DNA from: Elusimicrobiota bacterium
GTDB taxonomy: Bacteria; Elusimicrobiota; Elusimicrobia; 2-02-FULL-39-32
Direction of reading: 5' to 3'
Assembly (NCBI GenBank): GCA_021730935.1
Contig: JAKFYJ010000021.1
Coordinates: 22,451-86,450, forward strand
DNA length: 64,000 nucleotides
The notes below the pieces were generated by a model. It saw only the letters and a program-made list of their open reading frames with translations, was not told the DNA's origin and did not search any database. Shown here one piece after another: positions 17,043 through 26,910 of this stretch; positions within the stretch are counted from its first letter, which is position 1, and each line of letters starts with the position of its first letter. Both the position numbers and the translations under genes were made by a program.

Positions 17043-18659
17043 ATGAAAAGATATTTTTTCGCCGCAATTTTCCTTATTGTCTGCGCCGCAGTTCATGCTC
17101 AGCCTTCGGTCCTCATCAATGAGGTCGCCAGCGAAGAGCCCACGCCGCCCGGAGACTGGATCGAGTTTTATGTCTCAAGTTTCACGGACCTGAGCGGCTG
17201 GAAAGTTTTTGAGCAGAACGCGCTCGTGAAAACATTTCCTTCCTTGTCATTGTCCGCGGGAACCTATTTCATCCTCAAATTCAACTCCTCTTCGCCTGAC
17301 GAAACCCCTGCCTCCGGCGACGCGAACGGCAACGGAATTCTGGATCTCTATACGGCGGACACGGGCCTGACAGGGACGTCCAATGCAGTTTCCTTAAGAG
17401 ATGCGAAAGGGCTCGTCATGGACGCGGTCGTTTTCTCAGACAGCGCGAGCTGGACCAGCGCTCAGCAATCCGCCTTCGACATGCTGGTGTCCACGGGGCA
17501 GTGGCAGGGAACCGTGAACGGCGGTCTCAAAAACTTTTCTGATTCCGTGAATATCGCGGGAGGCGTCGGGCCCGGCAATTCAATCGGCAGGAACCCGGAC
17601 GCGCTCGACACGAACCACTTTTCGGACTGGCGACATATTAAAGGAACCCAAACCAAAGGCTCTCAAAATCCCGCCTCAGTCGCCTGCCCAAACAGCCCGC
17701 CGTTCGAGGGGACGATCTCGGAGGTCGCCCCCTCCCTGCCCATTTCCGCCGGAGGCGATTTTGTGGAGATTTTCGTCAACAACCCGATCAATGTTTGCGG
17801 ATCAAAAATATATGAAGGCGCGGGACTCATCAAAACACTCCCTTCCGTGACTCCCAATGCCGGACCTTTCGGGTCCTATATTATTCTTCACGCAGGAGCA
17901 AAAATATCTCCTTCCAATCCTGACGAAACCGATGTCACAGGTGACATGAACGGCAACGGCTCTGTCGATCTTTATTCGGACGAGTCCAGTCCCGGCATCA
18001 CCGGGAGCGCGGACAACGCCATTCTGCTGGAATCTTCCGACGGAAACCTCATTGATTTTATGGGGTTCTCCGACAAATTGCTTTTTTATTCCGCCGTTCT
18101 TCAGGGGCAATATAACCGCGCGGTTTCTCAGGGCCTCTGGGTCCCGGAATGCAGCGGTGAAGAGGACTGCTACGGCGCCGGCTCCGTGGCCTGGTCCAAC
18201 TCCACGACAAAATCAATTTCCAAGAAAATTTCAGAAGGAGGTTTTCCGATGAGTTCTCGGCCTTCCAGTCCCGACGACTGGGAGATATCGGCGCCCACTC
18301 CCGGGAAAACATCAAGGACCGCAAAACAAGAAACGGCGCCTGCCAAAAACGCCATCCGCGTGAGCCAGTCCCCTTTTTCTCCGATTGGCGACGGGCCTTT
18401 CAGAGAAGCCTTGTTTGATTGCCCGTCGGACCCCGGCTCAAAGATCACGCTCAAGCTTTATGATGTTCAGGGCCGGCTCATCCGCACGATCGCGGACCGC
18501 GTTTCCGCAGACGATGCCCAGGTTTTTTCGTGGGACGGCAGGAATGCCGGAGGCGATTTGGTTCCCGTCGGCATCTATGTCGTCTGGTTTGAAATCAAGC
18601 AGTCAAACGGCGAGCTCAGCCATAACGCCGAAACGGTCGTCGTCGGGAGACAGCTATGA
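17043..18659 (+). CDS. Secreted protein with two lamin-tail-like domains and a C-terminal FlgD-Ig/T9SS-CTD-like domain
   Basis: Signal peptide; INEV..DWIEFY repeated as ISEV..DFVEIF; C-terminal SPFSPIGDG..ITLKLYDVQGRLIRTI..FSWDGRN..VPVGIYV. SD AGGAG precedes ATG 17043 (alternative ATG at 17025). Confidence 0.8.
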   Translation: MKRYFFAAIFLIVCAAVHAQPSVLINEVASEEPTPPGDWIEFYVSSFTDLSGWKVFEQNALVKTFPSLSLSAGTYFILKFNSSSPDETPASGDANGNGILDLYTADTGLTGTSNAVSLRDAKGLVMDAVVFSDSASWTSAQQSAFDMLVSTGQWQGTVNGGLKNFSDSVNIAGGVGPGNSIGRNPDALDTNHFSDWRHIKGTQTKGSQNPASVACPNSPPFEGTISEVAPSLPISAGGDFVEIFVNNPINVCGSKIYEGAGLIKTLPSVTPNAGPFGSYIILHAGAKISPSNPDETDVTGDMNGNGSVDLYSDESSPGITGSADNAILLESSDGNLIDFMGFSDKLLFYSAVLQGQYNRAVSQGLWVPECSGEEDCYGAGSVAWSNSTTKSISKKISEGGFPMSSRPSSPDDWEISAPTPGKTSRTAKQETAPAKNAIRVSQSPFSPIGDGPFREALFDCPSDPGSKITLKLYDVQGRLIRTIADRVSADDAQVFSWDGRNAGGDLVPVGIYVVWFEIKQSNGELSHNAETVVVGRQL

Positions 18660-19756
18660 AACGCCTGGGATATGTTGCCGCGCTTCTTTTGATTTTCTTT
18701 GCCGCCGGTGCCCGCGCCGCGTTTGAGCCGAAAGAAATCGGTCCCCGGGCCATCGGGTTTTCCGGCGCTTATTCCGCCGCCGCAACGGACGCCTATGCTC
18801 CCTTTTGGAACCCGGGCGCTCTCGGCCGGATCAAAGCCAGAGAAGCCGCCTCATTTTATAGCCGCGCTTTTGCCCTGGGAGATTTGGCTCAAACAGGAAT
18901 CGCCTATGCCGACAAGACGCGTTTTGGGAACATGGCGTTCGGCTTCACGCAGTTCGGCTCAAAAACCTATCTGGAACAGGAAATGATTTATACCCACGCC
19001 TATCAAATCACGCCGAGACTCAGCGCGGGATATAACCTCAAGATGCTTCTTCTCCGCATCGAAAATTTCGGGTCTTCCGTGAAATTTGCGATGGACCTCG
19101 GACTTGAAGGCAAAGTCTCTGAGAGGCTGGACCTCTCTCTGTCAGGGAAAAATATCAACCGTCCCGCGTTCGGTTCGCAGAAGGAAGAGATCTCCTCGAT
19201 CTGGACTTCCGGGTTCGTGTTCAAAGTCATGCCGGGACTTCTTTTCGCGTGCGATGTGGAAGGTTTGGGAACGCCCTCCGCCCGCCTGAAATCCGGAATG
19301 GAAGTGGACTTGAGCCCCGCTTTCGCTTTGCGCGGCGGATTGCAGAGCGGGCCTTCCCGTTTTTCCGGCGGGTTCCGCGCCAGGCACGGCAACCTGTCTC
19401 TGGATTACGCCTATCAGCATCATCCTTTTCTCCCCGGATCCCACCACATGGGCCTCAGCTACAGCTGGGGAGATCCCGAAAGCTTTGCGGGGTTTCTCAA
19501 CATAAAAGCAGAAAAGAAGCCGGCAAAAAAATCCGCGGCCAAAATTTATAAGTTCAATGAAAAAATGAACCTCATGACCGCCTCAAAGGAAGAGCTTCTT
19601 CAAATTCCGGGAATCGGCGAATTCACCGCCGAGAAACTGATTGCCTATCGCGACCAGGTCGGGCTCAAAACCATCGACGATGTTTTATATATCCCGGGCA
19701 TGACCAAAAGAATTTTCCTGCTCATCAAAGACACCTGTTCCGTGGAGAAACCGTGA
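18656..19756 (+). CDS. PorV/PorQ-like outer-membrane barrel fused to a ComEA-type helix-hairpin-helix domain
   Basis: GPRAIGFSGAYSA..D..APFWNPGAL, LSLDYAY..HPFL..SHHMGLSYSW, Lys-rich linker, then MNLMTASKEELLQIPGIGEFTAEKLIAYR..IDDVLYIPGM. Confidence 0.8.
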   Translation: MKRLGYVAALLLIFFAAGARAAFEPKEIGPRAIGFSGAYSAAATDAYAPFWNPGALGRIKAREAASFYSRAFALGDLAQTGIAYADKTRFGNMAFGFTQFGSKTYLEQEMIYTHAYQITPRLSAGYNLKMLLLRIENFGSSVKFAMDLGLEGKVSERLDLSLSGKNINRPAFGSQKEEISSIWTSGFVFKVMPGLLFACDVEGLGTPSARLKSGMEVDLSPAFALRGGLQSGPSRFSGGFRARHGNLSLDYAYQHHPFLPGSHHMGLSYSWGDPESFAGFLNIKAEKKPAKKSAAKIYKFNEKMNLMTASKEELLQIPGIGEFTAEKLIAYRDQVGLKTIDDVLYIPGMTKRIFLLIKDTCSVEKP

Positions 19757-20328
19757 GGGCTTTTCTTTTCCCTCTCATCCTCATTTGTCTCGCGGTTCCG
19801 GCGCGGGTCCAGGCTTCGGAGCCTGATTGGGATGACCCTGAGAGTGAAGCGGACGCTCTGCCCGTTTCCAGAGAACTGACCTATGAAACTTTCGGCCGGT
19901 CCTCGGGGTTTCGGAGCCACAAATGGCTTCTGTCTCTGGCCCAAAAAAAAGGAATGAAGACGGGCGTTTATCTCATCCGGGACGAATACACAACTTCCCC
20001 AATCGAGTCTCACATGCTCGGCTTTTATGGAAGCCGAAATTTCAGGCGGGTGGGGGTCCGGGGAAGCTATGCCCTCAAAGACAAATCGCTCGCGGGGCCT
20101 CAGGGAAAAAATTTTGTTTCCGGAGGCCTGCGCGTGAGTCCTTTTCCGAATCTTGACCTGGTCGCGGATTATGACCGCATCCAGGACGAATATCTGACGG
20201 GGGAAGACGACAGCGAGCGCGAAACTTTTTCAGCCGGGTTCAGCCTGCGGGCGGCCAAAGCGTTCCGCATGAAAGTGGTCTATTCCGGAGAAAACCGGAT
20301 GAGAGCCAAAGTCAGCTATCGCTGGTGA
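19753..20328 (+). CDS. Small exported beta-strand-rich protein, probable outer-membrane barrel or barrel fragment
   Basis: Signal peptide, amphipathic strands, C-terminal KVSYRW; GTGA overlap with the upstream gene. Confidence 0.55.
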   Translation: MRAFLFPLILICLAVPARVQASEPDWDDPESEADALPVSRELTYETFGRSSGFRSHKWLLSLAQKKGMKTGVYLIRDEYTTSPIESHMLGFYGSRNFRRVGVRGSYALKDKSLAGPQGKNFVSGGLRVSPFPNLDLVADYDRIQDEYLTGEDDSERETFSAGFSLRAAKAFRMKVVYSGENRMRAKVSYRW

Positions 20329-20361
20329 CGGTTGCGGAGGCAAAAATGATAAAATATCCTC

Positions 20362-20811
20362 ATGAGATCAAGGTTGCCGTTATTCCTCTCTGTCCTGGCC
20401 CTTGTGTCCGCCTGCGCGCCGTCCCAGAAATATGTTTTTTATCAGTATACTCCGCTGGAAGGCGTCAAAAGCAAATCTCTTGACCGCCTGAAATGGGAAA
20501 ATGAAGTTCAGCCCGGCGACGACATGTCCAAAGCCCTGATCCTCCAAATGGACAATGCGAGCACGCACCTGGTCCAGATCAAGGGCGCGGAAAAAAACCA
20601 TATCCACCAATATCACGATTCCACTGTTTTTATCCAATCGGGGACAGGCCGGATGTATCTGGGAAAAACTTCGTTTCAGGTGGGCCCGGGCGCGATCATT
20701 TTCATTCCCCAGGGTCTCGAACATCACTATGTGAACGGAGGAGCGGAGCCGACCAGCGCGATCGCGGTCTATTCTCCTTCTTTCGACGGAAAAGATATTA
20801 TTTACAAATAG
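20362..20811 (+). CDS. Cupin-domain lipoprotein
   Basis: Lipobox VSAC; HIHQYHD...QSGTG...PGAIIFIPQGLEHHYVN. Confidence 0.85.
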   Translation: MRSRLPLFLSVLALVSACAPSQKYVFYQYTPLEGVKSKSLDRLKWENEVQPGDDMSKALILQMDNASTHLVQIKGAEKNHIHQYHDSTVFIQSGTGRMYLGKTSFQVGPGAIIFIPQGLEHHYVNGGAEPTSAIAVYSPSFDGKDIIYK

Positions 20812-20831
20812 GGTCGATTCATGAATCGACC
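20812..20831. repeat. Perfect 20-bp palindrome GGTCGATTCATGAATCGACC, REP-like, possible bidirectional terminator
   Basis: Lies between the convergent stop codons at 20811 and 20843. Confidence 0.65.
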
Positions 20832-20842
20832 TTTCACGGTCT

Positions 20843-21343
20843 CTATTTGTTCTGTTCGGGGGGCTTTTTGATGTCTTTGAAAATGTCTTCCGGTTTAAGG
20901 TCCGAAAGTTTTTTGCGGAAATCATCCACTTCTTCTTTCGAGATGGGTTTGAGGAGCGGCTCGCATTGCTCGAACACAGAGTCGTCCACGAAAAGCGGGG
21001 AAGAAGACCGGAGGGCGAGCGCGATGGAGTCGGAAGGTCGGGCGTCGATTTCCTGAACCGTTCCGTCCTGCTCAACGAAGATGGACGCGTAAAACGTGCT
21101 TTCTTTGAGTTCCGTGATGACGACTTTGGTGATTTTTGCGTTCACAGCTTTCACGAAACTGACCATGAGGTCATGGGTCATGGGCCGGGGCAGATGAACG
21201 TTGTTGAGGTGCATGGCGATTGAGTTTCCCTCTGCGGGCCCGATCCAGATGGGGATCAGACGCGGGCCGTCCATCTCTTCAAGGACGATGACATATTGCG
21301 ATCCCAAAGCCACGAGGGAATATAAATTGACGGGTTTGAGCAT
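20843..21343 (-). CDS. Bifunctional nuclease family protein (DUF151)
   Basis: LIPIWIGPAEG, RPMTHDL, TFYA, IDARPSDSIALALR. Confidence 0.92.
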   Translation of the reverse strand: MLKPVNLYSLVALGSQYVIVLEEMDGPRLIPIWIGPAEGNSIAMHLNNVHLPRPMTHDLMVSFVKAVNAKITKVVITELKESTFYASIFVEQDGTVQEIDARPSDSIALALRSSSPLFVDDSVFEQCEPLLKPISKEEVDDFRKKLSDLKPEDIFKDIKKPPEQNK

Positions 21344-21364
21344 CTTGCTCCAAGGTTAACAGAT

Positions 21365-22063
21365 ATGAATAAAAGATTCAAGTGTATCCTTTTTGATCTG
21401 GACGGCACGCTTTTGTCGACGGGCGGAGCGGGAATCCGCGCGCTGGACAGGGCGTTTTTCGAGCTTCATGGGCTGGAAAAATCGCTGGACAGGATTGACC
21501 CCGCGGGCAAGACGGACCCGGCCATCATCCGTGAAATTTTCAGACTCAAACTGGGAAGGCCCTGCGCCGCGGACGAGATGGAAGCCGTCCAGCAAAGATA
21601 TCTTCAGCACCTCCCCGTGGAATGCCGCACCGCGGACGACTATAAAATTATGGAAGGCATCCCAAAGATCCTTGAGCACATTCAATCTCTGGACCTTGCT
21701 GTCGGCCTCGGGACGGGAAACATTGAAAGCGGGGCCCGAAAAAAGCTGGACCGGAGCGGCCTCAACAAATATTTCCCTTTCGGCGGGTTCGGCTCTGATT
21801 CCGAAGACCGCCCGGAACTCCTCAAAATCGGCCACGCCAAGGCTTGCGTTCATTCAGGGCGCGACATCCCCAAAGAAGACGTCTTCATCATCGGCGACAC
21901 GCACCTCGACATCTCCGCGGCCCGCAAGGCGGGGTTCAAGGTGATCGCGGTCGCCACGGGAAATTTCACCGTCGATTTTTTGAAATCGCACAATCCGGAT
22001 CACGTGCTGCCCAACTTTGAGAACCTGGAGGAATTTGTTGGCATCATCCTTAATGGGAATTAG
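21365..22063 (+). CDS. HAD-superfamily hydrolase (phosphoglycolate phosphatase-like)
   Basis: LFDLDGTLL, TGN, IIGDT..DI..A. Confidence 0.9.
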   Translation: MNKRFKCILFDLDGTLLSTGGAGIRALDRAFFELHGLEKSLDRIDPAGKTDPAIIREIFRLKLGRPCAADEMEAVQQRYLQHLPVECRTADDYKIMEGIPKILEHIQSLDLAVGLGTGNIESGARKKLDRSGLNKYFPFGGFGSDSEDRPELLKIGHAKACVHSGRDIPKEDVFIIGDTHLDISAARKAGFKVIAVATGNFTVDFLKSHNPDHVLPNFENLEEFVGIILNGN

Positions 22064-23192
22064 GAAGTTCTCCGCAGTCGTTCTCGCCGTTGTTTGTCTT
22101 GCAAGTGTGTCCGTCCCGCTCTCCGCCGTTCAGCCTCCCGCCGTCAGCACCGCGCTTGTTCCTGTCCCGGACTCCGCCGTCCCCGTGTTTAAAGACGACG
22201 GAGATTTGAAAACATTGGGAAATGCCGTCCAACACAGCCTTCAATATTATTCCGGTCTTCCGTCCACCGCCTCCGTGATGTTCGGCGCCGATGCCGCGTC
22301 CCCCAAAGAACTCGAGTCCGGCCTGCTGGCTTTTCTCAGTTTTTTGAGGACGCATCCCTCCCTGGACGCAGTGAACGCCTTCATCAAAACTCATTTTGAG
22401 GTTTATCGCTCCGCAGGTTCTGACGGCTTGGGCCGGGTCACTTTTTCGGCCTATTATGAGCACCGCATGAAAGCGGCTCTTTCTCCGTCGGAAAAGTTCC
22501 GATACCCCATCTATTCCCGCCCGAAAGACCTGGTCTCCGAAAATGGTTCGTTTGGACGCCTTGACGGAACTCGACTTCTCCCTTATTATTCAAGGGAAGA
22601 GATTGATTCCAAAGGAATGCTCAAAGGGCGGGGTCTGGAAATCGCGTGGGCCGACAACCCCATCGATATCCTTCTCCTCCAGATTCAAGGTTCAGGGTGG
22701 CTGGAAGTTTTGGGATCCACCGAGACTCTGCACATCCGCTATGCCGCGGACAACGGTTTGCCCTATCGGTCGGTGGGGCAATATTTGATCGAGTCCGGCA
22801 AACTGCCGAGACTGAATTTTTCCAGGGCCGTCATGACGGATTATTTGAACAGGCTGTCCAAAGAAGCCAGACAGGAGATGCTGAATCAGAATCCCAGATA
22901 CATTTTTTTCGAGATTGTTTCGTCCACAAACCCGACGCGAGGTTCGCTCATGGTCCCTCTGACGGCGGGCCGGAGCGTGGCCAGCGATCCCAAAATTTAT
23001 CCGCCCGGCGCTCTCTCCTGGATCAAAATGAACGGCATCGAGAGATTTGTCCTCAATCAGGATGAAGGCGGCGCGATCAAGGGCCCGTCGAGGATTGATT
23101 ATTTTGCCGGAGGCGGGAAAGAAGCGGAAAAGCTGGCCCAGTCCGTCTGGTCCGGCGGAGAGCTTTATTTCTTCAGGTCCAAACGCGAATGA
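22053..23192 (+). CDS. mltA: Lytic murein transglycosylase A
   Basis: FSAYYE, FRYPIY, YYSREEID, LQIQGSG, YRSVG, NPRYIFF, SVASDP, QDEGGAIKG..RIDYF. ATG at 22053 chosen as start. Confidence 0.9.
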   Translation: MGIRKFSAVVLAVVCLASVSVPLSAVQPPAVSTALVPVPDSAVPVFKDDGDLKTLGNAVQHSLQYYSGLPSTASVMFGADAASPKELESGLLAFLSFLRTHPSLDAVNAFIKTHFEVYRSAGSDGLGRVTFSAYYEHRMKAALSPSEKFRYPIYSRPKDLVSENGSFGRLDGTRLLPYYSREEIDSKGMLKGRGLEIAWADNPIDILLLQIQGSGWLEVLGSTETLHIRYAADNGLPYRSVGQYLIESGKLPRLNFSRAVMTDYLNRLSKEARQEMLNQNPRYIFFEIVSSTNPTRGSLMVPLTAGRSVASDPKIYPPGALSWIKMNGIERFVLNQDEGGAIKGPSRIDYFAGGGKEAEKLAQSVWSGGELYFFRSKRE

Positions 23193-25375
23193 AATTAAAA
23201 CTGTTTCACAAGATCGCTCTCTTCTCCATTCTCCTGGCCACCCTTCCCGCGGCCATCGTCGGCTGGCAAACCGCGACCCTGAACCGCGAACATCTCGAAA
23301 ACAATATTCTGGAACTCCACACCAACCTCGCCAATTCTCTGGCCCGCAGGATCGATTTTTATCTGGACGGCGTGACCGGAAAGCTCCGCGCCCTCATTGA
23401 AAGCCTCCGCATCCAGGGCATTTCGTCTCCGGCCTCCATTCAGGCCTTCCTCGATTCCAACCATGAGTTCGTGTCCTTTTCTTTTGTGAACGCTTCCGGC
23501 AGGGAAATCATGAAGACCGTCAACGAAATTTACGGCGAAGGCCAGAGTTTTGTCTCGCATGCGGACGATCCTCTTTTTAAAACGTATGCCGCGCAGGAGG
23601 CGGGGGGCGTGATCGATCCCAAGTTTATGCTGTACTTCGAAAAGGGAGAACCCCGGCTTAAAATTTTTTATCCCTATGACCCTTCGAGCATCAAGCGGGG
23701 CTCCCTCATGATCGTGATTTCTCTCAGGGAACTTTGGGACGACATTTTAAGCGAAGGGGCCGGCGTGGGCGGCGGAGGCAGGCACATTTTCATTGCGGAC
23801 CAGTTCGGAAATTTGATTGCCCATTCCGATCCCTCAACCATGAAAAAGATTCTGGAGTCCGGACCGATTCCAGCGCCGGACCATCCGCTCGTCAGAGAAG
23901 CCCTTCAGGCCAGGACGATTGGGTCAAAGGAGTTCAAGGATTCCATGGGGCAGGACATGGTCGGATCCTATGCTTTGGTGAAGTGGACCGGCTGGGTGTC
24001 GGCAATTCAGCAGCAGAAGAAAGGCGCCTTCGCTCCGATTTATCAAACCCGCACCCGGGCCTGGATCGTCATCATCCTCTCCATCCTGCTCGCAGGCGTC
24101 TCGGCCATATACCTGAGCAAGGGCCTTTCACGGCCGATCTTTGAAATCATCGAGGCGGCGCGCAAGGTGGCCGAAAACAATTTTGATCAGCAGGTGAAAA
24201 TTTCTTCCGACGATGAGCTGGGAAACCTGGCCGAGACCTTCAATGAAATGGTCTGGGCGCTCCGGAGTTATCACGATCTTCAGGTGGACCGGATCATCGA
24301 GGAGAAGACGAAAACGGAGTCCGTCATCTTTTCAATCGCGGACGGCCTGATCATGACGGATCACACGGGGAAGATCCAGATCATGAATCAGAGGGCCGCT
24401 CATGTCTTTGACTTGGATGGAGACAGGAGCAAACAGGCAAACCCGTGGAATTGGGTCGGGAAGAACATATTGGATGTCATCAAGGACGATTCGGTTCATG
24501 AAGTCCTCAAAAAAGCGCTCATGGAGAGCGGGTCGCAAACCAAGGAAATAACCATGACGCACGGGGAAGATGTCCGGCATTACCAGATGTCTTCCGAGAG
24601 CGTGGTGAACCCCAAAACAGGAGCCAATCTTGGAGTGGTCACGGTCGTGCACGATGTGACGCTGGAACGGGAGCTCGACAAAATGAAGGAGACCTTCCTG
24701 CATTCCATAACGCACGATTTGAGAAACCCGATGACATCAATCCAGGGATTCGTCAAAATCCTCATCGAGCAGAAATCCGGACCCTTGAACGATGCCCAGA
24801 AATCCATGCTCGCAACGATGGAGCGGGCCAGCATGCGGTTCCTTTCCATGATCAACGACATTTTGGACATCGCCAAGGTGGAAGCCGGGAAGATGGAAAT
24901 TGAGGTCAAAAAGTTTGATCTGAACCCCATGATTGAATCGCTTCACAGTCTTTATCAGCCCATGGCGGACAAAAGGCAGATTCAGTTCGACGTTTCGTGG
25001 AATGTTTCTCAAAAACCTTTTTCAATGACGGGAGACGAGAATCAGCTTGAGCGGGTGACGGGCAACCTGATCGCCAATGCCCTCAAATTCACCCCGATGA
25101 ACGGGAAAATAAATTTAAGAGTGGAAGAATTTCCGGATAAAATACAAATATCAGTGACGGACAGCGGGCCCGGGATTCCCGAGAGCCACAGGAAATCCAT
25201 TTTTGATAAATTTCAACAGCTGGGTCCCGGCAAACAAAAAGGCGGAACGGGTCTGGGCCTCACGATCTCCAAACATTTCATTGAGCTTCACAAGGGGCAA
25301 ATTTGGGTTGAGGCCGGCGACGGCGGGCAAGGGTCCAAGTTCGCGTTTTGGATTCCCAGGAACCTCGCCGTATGA
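23189..25375 (+). CDS. Sensor histidine kinase (Cache-like periplasmic domain, HAMP, PAS, HisKA, HATPase)
   Basis: Two TM segments, DELGNLAETFNEM, SITHDLRNPMTSI, NLIANALKFT, DSGPGI, GTGLGL. Confidence 0.93.
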   Translation: MKLKLFHKIALFSILLATLPAAIVGWQTATLNREHLENNILELHTNLANSLARRIDFYLDGVTGKLRALIESLRIQGISSPASIQAFLDSNHEFVSFSFVNASGREIMKTVNEIYGEGQSFVSHADDPLFKTYAAQEAGGVIDPKFMLYFEKGEPRLKIFYPYDPSSIKRGSLMIVISLRELWDDILSEGAGVGGGGRHIFIADQFGNLIAHSDPSTMKKILESGPIPAPDHPLVREALQARTIGSKEFKDSMGQDMVGSYALVKWTGWVSAIQQQKKGAFAPIYQTRTRAWIVIILSILLAGVSAIYLSKGLSRPIFEIIEAARKVAENNFDQQVKISSDDELGNLAETFNEMVWALRSYHDLQVDRIIEEKTKTESVIFSIADGLIMTDHTGKIQIMNQRAAHVFDLDGDRSKQANPWNWVGKNILDVIKDDSVHEVLKKALMESGSQTKEITMTHGEDVRHYQMSSESVVNPKTGANLGVVTVVHDVTLERELDKMKETFLHSITHDLRNPMTSIQGFVKILIEQKSGPLNDAQKSMLATMERASMRFLSMINDILDIAKVEAGKMEIEVKKFDLNPMIESLHSLYQPMADKRQIQFDVSWNVSQKPFSMTGDENQLERVTGNLIANALKFTPMNGKINLRVEEFPDKIQISVTDSGPGIPESHRKSIFDKFQQLGPGKQKGGTGLGLTISKHFIELHKGQIWVEAGDGGQGSKFAFWIPRNLAV

Positions 25376-26910
25376 TCAAAGCTCTTTTTATTTTCGCCGC
25401 CCTGAGCGCGTGCTTTTATCAGACGGCGTCCGCGAAGGAAGTCCTCCAGGAAATCACCGTCAAAGACGGAGACACGATCTGGGGGATCGCCAATGTTTAT
25501 CTCAAAGATCCCAAAAAATGGCCTGAAATTCTCAAATATAATCAGATCCCATTAAGCGATCCCACGGCGACTCTCCCGGGAATGAAACTCAAGGTTCCGG
25601 TTCAGCTCATCCGCGAGGAACTTCGCAAAGCTGACATCATCTTTCTTCTGAACGATGTGAGATACCGCAAACGAAACGAATCAGAATGGAGAAAGGCCGT
25701 GAAAGACGCGGAGCTGTTGAATGATTATGGTCTGCGCACCCTGGAAGACAGTCAGGTCCATGTCAGGTTTTACAGCGGCGACATCCTCAAGCTGGACCAA
25801 AATTCTCTCGTCGTCCTGCGGCCCGAACTGAAAGTGGAGGAAGTGAACCTCCTTGCCGGAACTCTCCAGGCGGGGCGGGTGAAACTTGTCACTCAGACCG
25901 CTCAGGTCACTCCGCTCACGAAAGACACGCTTTATAAAGCGCGCCTCAGGATCGACAAAGGACTGATCGTCCAGGTGGAACGCGGGAGCACGGAAGTCAT
26001 GGGGACCCTTTCCGGCAAAAAAGTGGTCGTCGGCGCGGATCAGGCCACGATCGCTCATTTCAAGGACGGCCCCATTGAACCGGTCACTGTCGGAAAAACA
26101 TCAGGCATGGAAACTGTGGATTTTGACGCTTCAAACCGGGTGATTGTCCCTGCGGGACACGCCAACATCACTTTTCCTGACAAGGCGCCCACGATTCCGG
26201 TGAAGGTCCCCAATTTGCCGAACTTTGATATGATGGATTTTGACGAGTCCGGCAAAGCGAAAGTTCCGAGCCTTTATGGCAATGAGGCAAAAAAAAGACA
26301 AGGGGGATCTCCTGACATCGCTCCCGTTGCAGGGTATCGTCCGGGTTCCGCGGGCAACATGAAAATCAGCGGAGTGGACGGTTCAGGAAGCCGCGCTCAA
26401 AAGAAAGAAGTGAAAGTCCGAAAATTTTTCCGCATCCAGTTTTCGCTTGAGCCCTCCTTTTCCCGTCCAGCGCTGGATAAAAAGAATCCCATCGGGGTTT
26501 CGGACCCTCTCGGGGACAATAACGAATATGGACTCACCGACGGGATTTATTTCCGGAGGATTTCATATCAGGACAATGAAGGGAACGAAACGGATTTCAT
26601 CGATCTCCCGAAACTCGAGATCGACAACCTGCCTCCCAGATTAATGCTTTCGAAACCCGCGGAAAAATTCACGACGCGGAAACAGTTCGTGCAGGTTGAA
26701 GGGCAGACGGAACCTCAGTGTTTCGTGCGGGTGAACGATTATCAGGTTCCGATCAAACAGGACGCGAAGATCAGCTGGTCTGTGCTTTTGAAGGAAGGCG
26801 AAAACAAGATTTCCATAACGGTGACGGACAAGAAGAAAAGAGTGACGCGGATGGAGAGGACCGTGATCAAACTGGGAGGGTCCGCTCCGGCGGGTGAAGA
26901 AGAAAACTAG
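25372..26910 (+). CDS. Exported LysM + FecR-like + C-terminal Ig-like domain protein
   Basis: VKDGDTIWGIA..YL..P.KWPEI...N..PGMKLKVP; LRTLEDSQV.V.F..GDILKLDQNS; C-terminal Ig-like strands. ATGA overlap with the kinase gene. Confidence 0.8.
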   Translation: MIKALFIFAALSACFYQTASAKEVLQEITVKDGDTIWGIANVYLKDPKKWPEILKYNQIPLSDPTATLPGMKLKVPVQLIREELRKADIIFLLNDVRYRKRNESEWRKAVKDAELLNDYGLRTLEDSQVHVRFYSGDILKLDQNSLVVLRPELKVEEVNLLAGTLQAGRVKLVTQTAQVTPLTKDTLYKARLRIDKGLIVQVERGSTEVMGTLSGKKVVVGADQATIAHFKDGPIEPVTVGKTSGMETVDFDASNRVIVPAGHANITFPDKAPTIPVKVPNLPNFDMMDFDESGKAKVPSLYGNEAKKRQGGSPDIAPVAGYRPGSAGNMKISGVDGSGSRAQKKEVKVRKFFRIQFSLEPSFSRPALDKKNPIGVSDPLGDNNEYGLTDGIYFRRISYQDNEGNETDFIDLPKLEIDNLPPRLMLSKPAEKFTTRKQFVQVEGQTEPQCFVRVNDYQVPIKQDAKISWSVLLKEGENKISITVTDKKKRVTRMERTVIKLGGSAPAGEEEN

